Below are positions 34,721 to 47,000 of a stretch of DNA of 64,000 bases, piece by piece. Source of the stretch: Candidatus Angelobacter sp. (lineage in GTDB: Bacteria > Acidobacteriota > Terriglobia > Terriglobales > Acidobacteriaceae). The DNA lies in assembly GCA_036491195.1 (NCBI GenBank), contig DASXCL010000055.1:23994-87993 (forward strand), in the 5' to 3' direction. How positions within the stretch are numbered: the stretch's first letter is position 1; each line of letters opens with the position of its first letter. The position numbers and the translations under genes are program-made. A model generated the notes under the pieces. The model was not told the origin of the DNA. It saw only the letters and a program-made list of their open reading frames with translations, and ran no database searches.

Positions 34721-35062
34721 ATGCTTCTAATCGATGACCTGCTTTTCGCTCCCTTCTCCGGCTGGAATTTCATCATGCGCACCCTGCTCAAAGTAGCTGA
34801 AGAGCAGTGGACGGACGACGCCCCTCTCAAAGAAAAACTTCTCCATCTTCAGGTTGAACTTGAAGACGGTTCTATCACAGAAGAGCAATATCTTGAAGCC
34901 GAGGCTGCCGTCCTGCGTGAGATCCGCGAGGTGCAGCGCCGCAAGATCGAACTTGCCGGCGGCGATCCCGACCAGTTTGAAGGCGGAATCTCCAGTTCCT
35001 CCGTCCAGGAAGGGTCCAGCGCTTCCATCACCTGGGACCCCAACGAAAGCAACGAAGAATAA
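34721..35062 (+). CDS. gvpG: gas vesicle protein GvpG
   Basis: 113 aa. MLLIDDLLFAPFSG...LLKVAEEQ...LLHLQVELEDGSITEEQYLEAEAAVLREIREV matches the conserved GvpG pattern. Confidence 0.8.
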   Translation: MLLIDDLLFAPFSGWNFIMRTLLKVAEEQWTDDAPLKEKLLHLQVELEDGSITEEQYLEAEAAVLREIREVQRRKIELAGGDPDQFEGGISSSSVQEGSSASITWDPNESNEE

Positions 35063-35170
35063 GTCTTAAGCCAAAGACGCTGCTGTGCTCGTCACTGGCG
35101 TTGCGCTGCACATACGAGCCGCATGGGTTCATCCGACATCACTTTTCTGCAAGTCCACCAAAGAAAGCAC

Positions 35171-35202
35171 AAAAAGAAGGCCGGCATTTCTGCCAGCCTT
35201 CT
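35171..35202 (-). terminator. terminator between convergent gvpG and OMP genes
   Basis: Hairpin aaggccggca-tttc-tgccagcctt (one mismatch). On the minus strand it is followed by ctttttgtg, 18 nt after the OMP stop. Confidence 0.55.
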
Positions 35203-35219
35203 TGGTTGATGTTGCTGAG

Positions 35220-38249
<3,030 letters not shown>

Positions 38250-38821
38250 TCTTCTCTCTCCTTGGAAATAGGGGGATTTTTTGCACTTTCGCTTGAGTGC
38301 CATTTTCATTGACTGCCTTTAAAAGGTTTGCCTTACTTTACAAATCAGCACGACTGTTACCAAACTCACGAAGCCCTCCTCCGTTGTATTTTGGGAGCTC
38401 GAGAGACAGCTCGATAAGAGTGTGTTTATTGCAATTATTAGGCGTTGCTGGCTTGATCACGGCTTAATGTTGAGAACATGCGGCATGGACTTTCGTTATT
38501 AAGGCGTAAGCGGAAAAGGACGGGATCTGGATCGCAAAAACCAATGAACTTGGCCTTGCCGGTTATTGCACAACTATTAGTGCAATGCTTTGCCACTCCA
38601 TTCCATTTTCAGTAGAGATATATGATTTGTTGTGAAATGCTGTTTCTGCTCGAACCACTCGATCAAGGGGGCCTTAACTTCCTCCAGTTCGCAACTGATG
38701 GTTCTGGGAACGGAGCTAAGAGGGATTCAGAGGTGGTCTTCACTGGCATATCGGCTGGTTCAAGTTGTGAGAGCAAAATGGCTTAATTGAAGCCTCGCGT
38801 GCAACAAGGTATTATTTCGAT

Positions 38822-39970
38822 ATGGCCACAAGCGCTCCAACTCCAGCACGGCATGGGTTTCAGACCGACGACCAGACCCTTTTACCCATTGCCGCGAAAG
38901 TCTTTGCCCGCGAGCGCCTCACTTTTGACGATGCCGTCACGCTGTATCGCTCCCCGGACATCCTTGCTCTCGGCTGGCTGGCCAATCATGTGCGCGAACG
39001 CCTGCACGGGAACGTGGCCTATTTCAACGTTAACCGCCACATCAACCCGACGAACGTTTGTGTGGCGGCCTGTCGCCTATGCGCCTTTGGCCGCAAAAAA
39101 GACGCGCCTGGAGCCTATACTATGGCGCTGGAAGAGGCCTTCCAGACCGCCGCGTCGGGCTACTCTGAGGCAATTACCGAATTTCACATTGTCGGCGGCC
39201 TGCACCCTGACCTGCCCTTTCAGTACTATCTGGACCTGATCTCAGGATTGAAAGCCCGTTTCCCTCAGGTGCATCTGAAAGCCCTGACCATGGTGGAGAT
39301 CGCGTTTCTGGCCAAGCGTGGCAAGCTCACGATTGAAGAGACGTTGCGACAACTCAAGAATGCCGGGCTGGATTCACTGCCGGGCGGCGGCGCTGAGATT
39401 TTCAATGAGCGTGTGCGTCGCGTAATCTGCGACCACAAGATCGACGGCGACCAGTGGCTGGATACCGCTCGCACCGCGCACAAGATCGGCCTGAAGTCGA
39501 ATGCGACCATGCTTTATGGCCACATCGAGAACGAAGAAGACCGCGCCGACCATCTCATCCGCCTGCGCAAGCTTCAAGACGAAACTCACGGATTCCAGAC
39601 ATTCATTCCGCTGGCATTCCATCCCGCCAACACGCCTCTGCAACACCTGTTTGTGACCACCGGAATGCTGGATCTGAAGCAAATCGCCATCGGCCGCCTG
39701 GTGCTCGATAACTTCCCGCACATCAAGGCGTATTGGCAGATGCTCTCGCCCAAGATCGCGCAGATTTCACTGCGCTTCGGCGCCGATGATATCGACGGCA
39801 CTGTGATTGAAGAAAAGATTTATCACGACGCCGGCGCAACCACTCCGCAAGGCATGGTACGCAAGGAGCTTGAACGCCTGATCCGCGAAGCCGGCCGCGA
39901 ACCCGTCGAGCGAGACACGATGTATCGCCCGGTGACCCGGACGGAGACGTCGTTTACGATTTCGGTCTGA
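38822..39970 (+). CDS. mqnE: radical SAM menaquinone (futalosine pathway) enzyme, MqnE/MqnC family, most like aminofutalosine synthase
   Basis: 382 aa. YFNVNRHINPTNVCVAACRLCAF (CxxxCxxC radical SAM cluster), EFHIVGGLHPD, ATMLYGHIE. The MqnE versus MqnC assignment is from memory of family signatures only. Confidence 0.6.
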   Translation: MATSAPTPARHGFQTDDQTLLPIAAKVFARERLTFDDAVTLYRSPDILALGWLANHVRERLHGNVAYFNVNRHINPTNVCVAACRLCAFGRKKDAPGAYTMALEEAFQTAASGYSEAITEFHIVGGLHPDLPFQYYLDLISGLKARFPQVHLKALTMVEIAFLAKRGKLTIEETLRQLKNAGLDSLPGGGAEIFNERVRRVICDHKIDGDQWLDTARTAHKIGLKSNATMLYGHIENEEDRADHLIRLRKLQDETHGFQTFIPLAFHPANTPLQHLFVTTGMLDLKQIAIGRLVLDNFPHIKAYWQMLSPKIAQISLRFGADDIDGTVIEEKIYHDAGATTPQGMVRKELERLIREAGREPVERDTMYRPVTRTETSFTISV

Positions 39971-40053
39971 TTCAGATCATCGCTGTTCAGCTTTCGGAAT
40001 AATTCCTATTTGGGCCGCAGGCCTCTAGCTGGAATATGCTAGGATGCGCAACC

Positions 40054-40773
40054 ATGCCATTCACCTTCAACGGTATCGGAACTACCTTTTATGGCGCTCG
40101 GGATTTCGCGCTCGATGGGACCTATACCACAACCGAATGGTTCACCTTTGTCTATATTCCCGTCATCCCGCTGCGAAGCTTGCGCATTCGCGATGTAAAA
40201 GGAGGAAAGAATTTCGTGGTTTATGCCTCCCAGCAGTATGCCGTCTATAGCAAAGGCCGTCCAAACCTGAAGCAGGTGCTCTCCATCTATGGATGGTGTG
40301 CGGCGATTGTTGCCTGCATCTCCCTGGCGTCCGTGCCGGGCATCGGGAAAGTTCCCTTCCGGCCGCTGATCGCTGTTCTCGCCGTGGCTTTTCTTCCCTG
40401 GATCCTCAGAAGGCGCGCGCGGAGGCGTCTGCTGGCGCAAGTCCAAGCCGGTTTTCCGAATTTTCAGCCAGGGCCAGGCTCGACCGCCGGTTCCTCGAGT
40501 TTCCAGTCGCCGCCAGGCCCGGAAGCCTGGTCCTCGAATTTTAAGCCCGGCCCAAACTCGAAAGTCCGTTTCTCGGGTTTGGCCCCAGACTTGGAAGCCA
40601 CTTTATCGAGTTTTTTTCGGTCGGAGAAAGGTCAAGCCGCTCTGTCGGATTTGATGTCGAAGCCCGACTCGGAAGAGTTCAAGGTGCTGCTCCGGGCGCG
40701 TAATGAAGGCTGGGATTCTGAGCGCACGCAACGGGAAATGGCCAAGGTTGTGGCTCAAGGCAAGCCAAAGTAA
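40054..40773 (+). CDS. hypothetical membrane protein
   Basis: Start taken at MPFTFNGIGTTFYG. Two central TM helices. The C-terminal part has three (N)F(Q/K)PGP repeats. No family recognised. Confidence 0.5.
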   Translation: MPFTFNGIGTTFYGARDFALDGTYTTTEWFTFVYIPVIPLRSLRIRDVKGGKNFVVYASQQYAVYSKGRPNLKQVLSIYGWCAAIVACISLASVPGIGKVPFRPLIAVLAVAFLPWILRRRARRRLLAQVQAGFPNFQPGPGSTAGSSSFQSPPGPEAWSSNFKPGPNSKVRFSGLAPDLEATLSSFFRSEKGQAALSDLMSKPDSEEFKVLLRARNEGWDSERTQREMAKVVAQGKPK

Positions 40774-40779
40774 CAGGCC

Positions 40780-42090
40780 TTACTCCCCAAACACCCGCTT
40801 GAAGATCTTCCCTACATTCCTCAACTGCCGCTCAATCGAAAATGCTTGCTCAATCTGCTTCGCCGGCACCCGAGACGTAATTTCCTCGTCGTTCATTACC
40901 AGTTCGCGGAAGTCTAGGTCTTCCTTCCACGCGCGCATGGCATGTTTCTGCACCAGACGATAAGCGTCTTCGCGCGCCATGCCGTGCTCGGAAAGATCCA
41001 GCAGCAACTGCCCGCTGAAGACCAGCCCGCCGGTCGATTCCAGGTTTTTCAGCATGCGGTTGGGATAGACCATCAGCGTGTCGATCAAGTGGATGGTCTT
41101 GGTCAGCAGGTAGTCCACCAGGATCGTTGAATCCGGCAGGATCACGCGCTCCACCGACGAATGTGAGATATCGCGCTCATGCCACAGCGCCACGTTCTCA
41201 AATGCCGCCTGCGCATTGGCCCGCACCACGCGCGCCAGACCGCTGATCTGTTCGCAGGTGATGGGATTGCGCTTGTGCGGCATGGCCGACGAACCTTTTT
41301 GTTTCTCGCTGAAAAATTCTTCGGCCTCGCGGACTTCTGTCCGCTGCAGGTGGCGTATCTCCGTGGCGATCTTGTCCAGCGTGGACGCGATCGTCGCCAG
41401 CGTGGCCACATAGTAGGCATGGCGGTCGCGCTGGATGACTTGGGTAGAGATCGGCGCAGCTTTCAGCCCCAGGCGCTCACAAATCTTCTCCTCGAACTCT
41501 GGCTCCAGATGCGCAAATGTTCCTACCGCCCCGGAGAGCTTGCCGACGCGCATCTCTTCCGCCGTGCGCTGGAAGCGTTCGATATTCCGCACGGTCTCGG
41601 CGTACCAGTTGGCCAGTTTGAGTCCGAATGTTGTTGGCTCGGCGTGGATGCCATGGGTTCGGCCAATGGTCGGCGTGTGTTCAAACTCGTGGGCGCGGCG
41701 CGCGAGCACTGCTTTTAATTGCTCCAGATCGCCGGCGATGATCCGTGAAGCCTCTTTAATCTGAAGCGCCTGCGCCGTGTCCACCACGTCATTCGACGTA
41801 AGTCCGTAATGCAGCCAGCGCGCTTCCGGGCCAACTTTTTCCGCCACCGCAGTGGTAAAGGCAATCACGTCATGCCGAACCTCGGCTTCAATTTCATGGA
41901 TGCGTTTCAGGTCAAAGTCACCGCGCTCGGCAATGGCTCGCGCGGCGTTCTCGGGAACGATCCCCGCATCCGCCAGCGTCAGGCTGGCGGATGCCTCAAC
42001 CTTGAGCCAGCAGCGGAATTTGTTTTCATCACTCCAGATCCGGCCCATCTCCGGGCGCGTGTAGCGTGGAATCAAAGGGTTTCCTCTCAA
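40780..42090 (-). CDS. purB: adenylosuccinate lyase
   Basis: 436 aa. RYTRPEM..IWS start, LTSNDVVDT, GRTHGIHAEPTTFG, and GSSAMPHKRNP, the fumarate-lyase signature. Confidence 0.92.
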   Translation of the reverse strand: MRGNPLIPRYTRPEMGRIWSDENKFRCWLKVEASASLTLADAGIVPENAARAIAERGDFDLKRIHEIEAEVRHDVIAFTTAVAEKVGPEARWLHYGLTSNDVVDTAQALQIKEASRIIAGDLEQLKAVLARRAHEFEHTPTIGRTHGIHAEPTTFGLKLANWYAETVRNIERFQRTAEEMRVGKLSGAVGTFAHLEPEFEEKICERLGLKAAPISTQVIQRDRHAYYVATLATIASTLDKIATEIRHLQRTEVREAEEFFSEKQKGSSAMPHKRNPITCEQISGLARVVRANAQAAFENVALWHERDISHSSVERVILPDSTILVDYLLTKTIHLIDTLMVYPNRMLKNLESTGGLVFSGQLLLDLSEHGMAREDAYRLVQKHAMRAWKEDLDFRELVMNDEEITSRVPAKQIEQAFSIERQLRNVGKIFKRVFGE

Positions 42091-42278
42091 AAAGCAGCAT
42101 AAACCAGAGCCTCTCGATCATAAATGCTGCCACACTTTTTTCGCCAACTGCCTCTTGAGTGATTCTCCCGAACTCAAAGCTGGTCTACCCTTGAACTTGC
42201 GTAAGGAAAAGCTGCCTTTACAGATGGTTACCTTTGTTTACAATCAAAGAGAAAAAATCCAATCCGATGACACAAAAA

Positions 42279-42317
42279 GAGTCCCTTCACCGTGTTTGGT
42301 ATTCGATGAAGGGACTC
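42279..42317 (-). terminator. orphan terminator-like hairpin with U-tract upstream of purB
   Basis: 11-bp perfect stem gagtcccttca / tgaagggactc. On the minus strand it is followed by tttttgtg. No minus-strand gene lies upstream of it. Confidence 0.4.
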
Positions 42318-42366
42318 GGGCTCGAATCTAGCAGAATGTTGCTATTATGTCGCGAGACGATATAAA

Positions 42367-42864
42367 ATGTCAAAGAGAAAAGTCGTGCGTCCTCTGAGCG
42401 AACCGGAGTATCTGGCCCTGGGGGAATTCCGTTATCAATTGCGCCGGTTTCTGCGTCATATGGAAGAGGCCACCCGTCAACTGGGAATGAATCCTCAGCA
42501 GTATCAACTGGTTCTGGCGGTTAAGGGCCTACCTAAAAAAATCGTGCCCACCATCAGCCAGCTGGCGGAACGAATGCAGCTGAACCATAACAGCATGGTG
42601 GAGCTTGTGGACCGCTGTGTAGAGCAGGGCCTGCTGCGTCGCAACCGCGATGCCAGCGACCGTCGCCAGGTAACACTGTCGATCACCGCCGAGGGCGACG
42701 GTCTCTTGGGGAAACTCGGTGTCGCGGCCCGGCAGGAACTGCAGGAGGCCGGTCCCATGCTGGTAAGAGCAATCCTGCGGCTGACCGGAGATGGCCGTCC
42801 TGCAAAGGCGAAGGCTGGCGCGCCAAAAGCACATTCAGGAGGAACTAGGAAATCGGGACAATGA
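42367..42864 (+). CDS. MarR-family transcriptional regulator
   Basis: 165 aa. Winged-helix core (QYQLVLAV...TISQLAERMQLNHNSMVELVDRCVEQGLLRRNRDASDRRQVTLSITAEG). Confidence 0.85.
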   Translation: MSKRKVVRPLSEPEYLALGEFRYQLRRFLRHMEEATRQLGMNPQQYQLVLAVKGLPKKIVPTISQLAERMQLNHNSMVELVDRCVEQGLLRRNRDASDRRQVTLSITAEGDGLLGKLGVAARQELQEAGPMLVRAILRLTGDGRPAKAKAGAPKAHSGGTRKSGQ

Positions 42865-44747
42865 AAGAACAGACCCAGGCAGGGCCCGTCACCGCAAGCC
42901 ACCTTACAGCTCCAGCCGAAACTCTTGGAGACTTCACCACAACTTGGCGCGTATTGCCCATTTCGGGCCTCGCAGTCTTGATCGGCGTCTTATCCGCGTA
43001 TGTCGCCGTTGCTCTTCTAAAGCTGATTTCCTTTTTTACCAATGTTTTTTTCTTTCACCGCCTGAGCGCAGCCCCCGTCTCCCCGGGCGACGCTCACTTG
43101 GGGCTCTGGGTAATTGCTGTACCAGTGGTCGGCGGCCTGATCGTCGGCCTGATTGCCCGTTTTGGCTCGGACAAAATCCGCGGTCACGGTATCCCGGAAG
43201 CAATTGAGGCCATTCTTCAGCGAGGAGCCAGGGTCGAACCCAAACTTGCGATCTTGAAGCCGATTTCCGCCGCCATCGCTATCGGTTCCGGAGGTCCCTT
43301 CGGCGCTGAAGGGCCGATCATCATGACCGGTGGCGCTTTTGGCTCACTGATCTCGCAGTTCTTTCACCTCACCACGGCCGAACGAAAAACGCTGCTGGTG
43401 GCCGGGGCCGCGGCTGGCATGTCCGCCACCTTTGCCGCGCCATTTGCTTCTATCCTGCTGGCGGTGGAATTGCTGCTCTTTGAGTGGAAGCCGCGTAGCT
43501 TTATCCCCGTCGCTCTTGCCAGCGTGACCGCCGAGGCAGCGCGCGTGCATCTTCTTGGCGCTGGGCCGGTTTTTCCCGTGCCTTTGCATGTCGCTGTTTT
43601 CAGCCCGGCGGTCCTTCTCGGCTGCCTGCTCGCCGGGGTGCTCAGTGGAGGCCTCTCCGCCCTGTTGACACTTCTGGTTTACGCGGTGGAAGACGGCTTC
43701 GCTCATCTCAAGAAAATCCACTGGATGTGGTGGCCCGCAATTGGCAGCCTTGCTGTGGGAATTGGAGGCTTGGCCTTCCCGCGGGCACTGGGCGTCGGTT
43801 ATGACGTGATTCAGCAGCTTCTGCAAGGCGATGCCCCCGTCAAAGTGATTGTCGGCGTGCTGGTGGTCAAGTGCCTGATATGGAGCATTTCGCTGGGATC
43901 GGGTACGTCCGGCGGCGTGTTGGCGCCGTTGCTCATGATGGGTGGCGCCCTGGGCGCACTTGACGCGTTTTTCCTGCCTCATCAGGGGCTGGGGTTCTGG
44001 CCCTTGATCAGCATGGGCGCCATGTTGGCGGGAACCATGCGTTCGCCTCTCACCGGCGTGATTTTTGCCTTTGAACTCACGGGCGACTATCACTCCATTC
44101 TGCCGCTGCTCATCGCTTGCGTCAGCGCTCATTCTTTCACTGTGTTGACCATGGCCCGATCCATTCTCACGGAGAAGATCAGCCGGCGCGGCCATCATCT
44201 CTCGCGCGAATATGTCGTTGATCCGCTCGAAACGCTGGCGGTTGAAGACGTAATGCGAACCAGCATCACCGCATTTCCCGCCGAAACCACAATCGCCGAG
44301 ATGGAGACCGTGCTGGACCACAATGACAGTCCGCGAGGCCAGCGGGTATATCCGGTCATTGATGGCAGCCAGCGCCTGATTGGCGTGATCAAGCGGCGCG
44401 ATATCATGAAGGCCATTGCCAGCCAGCGCAACGGTGAACGCAAGAGTTGCCAGCTCTCGGATATTGTGACGAAAACGCCTGTTGTCGCATATCAGGACGA
44501 ACCTTTGCGTCTGGTGGTCAACCGCATGGCCACGACGGGGCTGACGGTTTTTCCTGTAGTGAAACGGGATGCTGCCAGGGAACTGGTGGGTTTGATTGCT
44601 TTGCCGGACCTGCTCAAGGCCAGGGAACTTTCAGTGGCAGAAGAACATCACCGCGAACGCGTGCTGCGGCTTCGCGTGCCACCGTCACTGCGCTGGCGCA
44701 TGCCCTGGGGCCGCCCTCAAGACGGAACGGGAACAAAAGAATCCTAA
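42861..44747 (+). CDS. ClC-family chloride channel / H+-Cl- antiporter with C-terminal CBS pair
   Basis: 628 aa. GSGIPE-like GHGIPEA, GGPFGAEGP, GVLAPLLMMG and about 10 TM helices, then two CBS-like modules. An ATGA start/stop overlap links it to the MarR gene. Confidence 0.88.
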   Translation: MKEQTQAGPVTASHLTAPAETLGDFTTTWRVLPISGLAVLIGVLSAYVAVALLKLISFFTNVFFFHRLSAAPVSPGDAHLGLWVIAVPVVGGLIVGLIARFGSDKIRGHGIPEAIEAILQRGARVEPKLAILKPISAAIAIGSGGPFGAEGPIIMTGGAFGSLISQFFHLTTAERKTLLVAGAAAGMSATFAAPFASILLAVELLLFEWKPRSFIPVALASVTAEAARVHLLGAGPVFPVPLHVAVFSPAVLLGCLLAGVLSGGLSALLTLLVYAVEDGFAHLKKIHWMWWPAIGSLAVGIGGLAFPRALGVGYDVIQQLLQGDAPVKVIVGVLVVKCLIWSISLGSGTSGGVLAPLLMMGGALGALDAFFLPHQGLGFWPLISMGAMLAGTMRSPLTGVIFAFELTGDYHSILPLLIACVSAHSFTVLTMARSILTEKISRRGHHLSREYVVDPLETLAVEDVMRTSITAFPAETTIAEMETVLDHNDSPRGQRVYPVIDGSQRLIGVIKRRDIMKAIASQRNGERKSCQLSDIVTKTPVVAYQDEPLRLVVNRMATTGLTVFPVVKRDAARELVGLIALPDLLKARELSVAEEHHRERVLRLRVPPSLRWRMPWGRPQDGTGTKES

Positions 44748-44844
44748 AACCCCGGTCTCCGGGACAAAGCAGCGCCTGGAGTCACACGCGGCGGCCTTTT
44801 CTCGCTCAGGTGGATGCGGGCCGCATCCACCTGAATTCTATCGC

Positions 44845-46467
44845 TCAGTTCGCCAGACCATAACCCAGCAAAAACTCCATCGTCCCCAATCCTTCGCAGG
44901 TCGAAGACGTAGAAGCAAAATGCGTGCTTGCGGCATAGCCGGTTGCGGTTGACTTGCATCGATAAACCGGCACTGTGTTTGGAGGTTGCGCATCATTGCC
45001 GTTATACAGCCAGCCGGCCGTCCGTAGCTTGTTATACCCCGCTCCCGTGCCGCTGCATTCGGTCGAATTGGCAAAGGTTAATGTGTGGTCAGGATTTGTA
45101 GTGGATGGCCATGTTTTGTTGACGCATTCCCAGATTTGGGTTGCGTCGCCGGTGGGCGGCACCGTCATGATGTACCCGCTGCGGGTCTCGTATGCGACGT
45201 TGGCGGTTTCGAAGTTGTAAGGGAAGGCCTCGGTGGAAGAGATTCGAAGCCCGATATCGGGATTACGCCAGCGGCTGATGGCCACGCCAACGTGCGGCGT
45301 CTGTGCTGAGGTCGCCACGCTGAAGTTCAAGTTCCGCATCACCAGAGTACGCCCGCTGTCCGGCGCAGGAGTGGGAGAATTAGCGGCTCCGCTGTCATTC
45401 TGGTTCGGAACATACGTGTAAGTCAGCAGGAAATAGCCGCTCGATCCCCAGGAATGGCTGCCATCGGTGGGACTGATGGCGGAGGAATAGACGACCAGAT
45501 CGCCATTGGTAGAGGCATGAGGGAACGTATGGTCATCCTCATACAGAATCGGCTCGGCCAGCGAACTGAAGCTGGTTGCGTTGGCGGAAAATGACATCAA
45601 CAGTCCGTGCGCCGAGGAGGTGATGTTGTCATTCATGAGCACAATGGTCTGGTTTCCGGTGCCAGGATCGGTGTAAAGCGATGAGGAATTGCCGAACGAT
45701 CCCAGCGGGCTATCGTCAGCGTTCCACGCCGCGCCCGGAGACCATGAACCGTTGTATTTGACCCAGTTGCTCTGCGTGAAATTGCTGGTATTGCTGGCCC
45801 GCGCCACTGATGTTTTGAAATCTGACGTTCGCCGGCAGTACAGGTAAATAAAGCCGAAGAACGGTACCGGACTACAATCGCCTTCGCCAAACTCTGTCCC
45901 GCTGGAGTCTCCATTGGGATTGGAGATGATCTGTCCCTGAAGCGACCAGTTCAGCCCGTCGGACGAGGTGAGCAGCGCCATGGATTTCGTAGTAGGAGGA
46001 TAGGTGCATTGTCGCTGCGATGGAAATGCTGAAGAAAATCCTTCAGCGTGCGCAAAGCCATAGTAGGTTGTCCCTGACAAATAGGTGCCTTGCAGCCACA
46101 GCCCGCAACTTCCGTATCCTGCAGTGGAATCGTAATGGTTGCTCGGATAGATCGTGGGACCAAATGATCCTGGTGCAGTGGATTCCATGCCGTACGGCTG
46201 TCCGCCCTTGGCGAAGCATGTGGATGCCACGGTGGTTGTCTTTGAACCATTTGCGGTGTACCCGTAAAAAATGCCGGGGGTAATTTCAATTTCGTTGAAG
46301 ATGTTGTCCTTACCGTCAAAGCAGTTGGAGGAACCCGGAGCTATCGGGTCGCGAATGCGGTCCGGCCGCTCCACCCGGACCTTGATATTGGCGATGTTAA
46401 TTGCAGACTGCGCCGATGCCGCAGCCACAAACAGAAGGAAGAAAAACCCTGCCGCCGTACGTTTCAT
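44845..46467 (-). CDS. secreted hypothetical protein
   Basis: I trimmed the start to MKRTAAGFFFLLFVAAASAQS (ATG 46467). Beta-rich, Ser/Thr/Gly/Asn-rich. The C-terminal ~60 aa (VPVYRCKST..GYAASTHFASTSSTCEGLG.MEFLLGY) resembles the YR...HF.T....E repeat seen in DUF5648-type domains (from memory). Confidence 0.6.
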   Translation of the reverse strand: MKRTAAGFFFLLFVAAASAQSAINIANIKVRVERPDRIRDPIAPGSSNCFDGKDNIFNEIEITPGIFYGYTANGSKTTTVASTCFAKGGQPYGMESTAPGSFGPTIYPSNHYDSTAGYGSCGLWLQGTYLSGTTYYGFAHAEGFSSAFPSQRQCTYPPTTKSMALLTSSDGLNWSLQGQIISNPNGDSSGTEFGEGDCSPVPFFGFIYLYCRRTSDFKTSVARASNTSNFTQSNWVKYNGSWSPGAAWNADDSPLGSFGNSSSLYTDPGTGNQTIVLMNDNITSSAHGLLMSFSANATSFSSLAEPILYEDDHTFPHASTNGDLVVYSSAISPTDGSHSWGSSGYFLLTYTYVPNQNDSGAANSPTPAPDSGRTLVMRNLNFSVATSAQTPHVGVAISRWRNPDIGLRISSTEAFPYNFETANVAYETRSGYIMTVPPTGDATQIWECVNKTWPSTTNPDHTLTFANSTECSGTGAGYNKLRTAGWLYNGNDAQPPNTVPVYRCKSTATGYAASTHFASTSSTCEGLGTMEFLLGYGLAN

Positions 46468-46657
46468 TGAAACCCCCGTGGGGAACAGGAGAATAGCAGC
46501 AGCTATGATGAGCGGCAGGTACTCGCAGGTTTGCACCAGTTCCAGAGCTGCTGTCGCTGTGGCTTTTGTATCGTGTATTCCGAAACCGGAAGTGTTTCAC
46601 GCCATGATTCTGGTTTGCGAAACTCTGCTTCAGAGAGACATGGAGTGTATTCCGATA

Positions 46658-46912
46658 TTATTCGTTTACGCCGAACAGCTCTGCCATTTCCTGGTATTTG
46701 AATCCTTCTCCGGGAATGTAGGGTTGCACCCATTCGCCGTTGATCACGAACTGCGGAATGGCCCGCTTGCCGGTGCGCTGGATCACTTCCTCGGCTGCGC
46801 CGGGAGTCTGTTCAATATCGATCTCATGGAATGAGATGTTGTTCTGTGTCAGCCAGCGCTTGGCGACATGGCAATCCCGGCACCACGGAGCGGTATAGAC
46901 GATAAGTTTCAT
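46658..46912 (-). CDS. glutaredoxin-like (NrdH/thioredoxin-fold) protein
   Basis: 84 aa. KLIVYTAPWCRDCHVAK CxxC active site, and a later RAIPQFVING (cis-Pro region). Confidence 0.8.
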   Translation of the reverse strand: MKLIVYTAPWCRDCHVAKRWLTQNNISFHEIDIEQTPGAAEEVIQRTGKRAIPQFVINGEWVQPYIPGEGFKYQEMAELFGVNE

Positions 46913-47000
46913 ATTGATTTACGTGAATATTAGATGTATCGGGCGTGGAAAAGATACAGTGATTCGGCCTGTAGAGCTGGCCTCCTGGGGATTGCCGATC

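Noticed and set aside
44809-44831. Perfect 10-bp hairpin ggtggatgcg-ggc-cgcatccacc between convergent ClC and secreted-protein genes, considered as a terminator
   Set aside because: There is no U-tract on either strand. It may still be a Rho-dependent or structural element, but I could not support calling it an intrinsic terminator.
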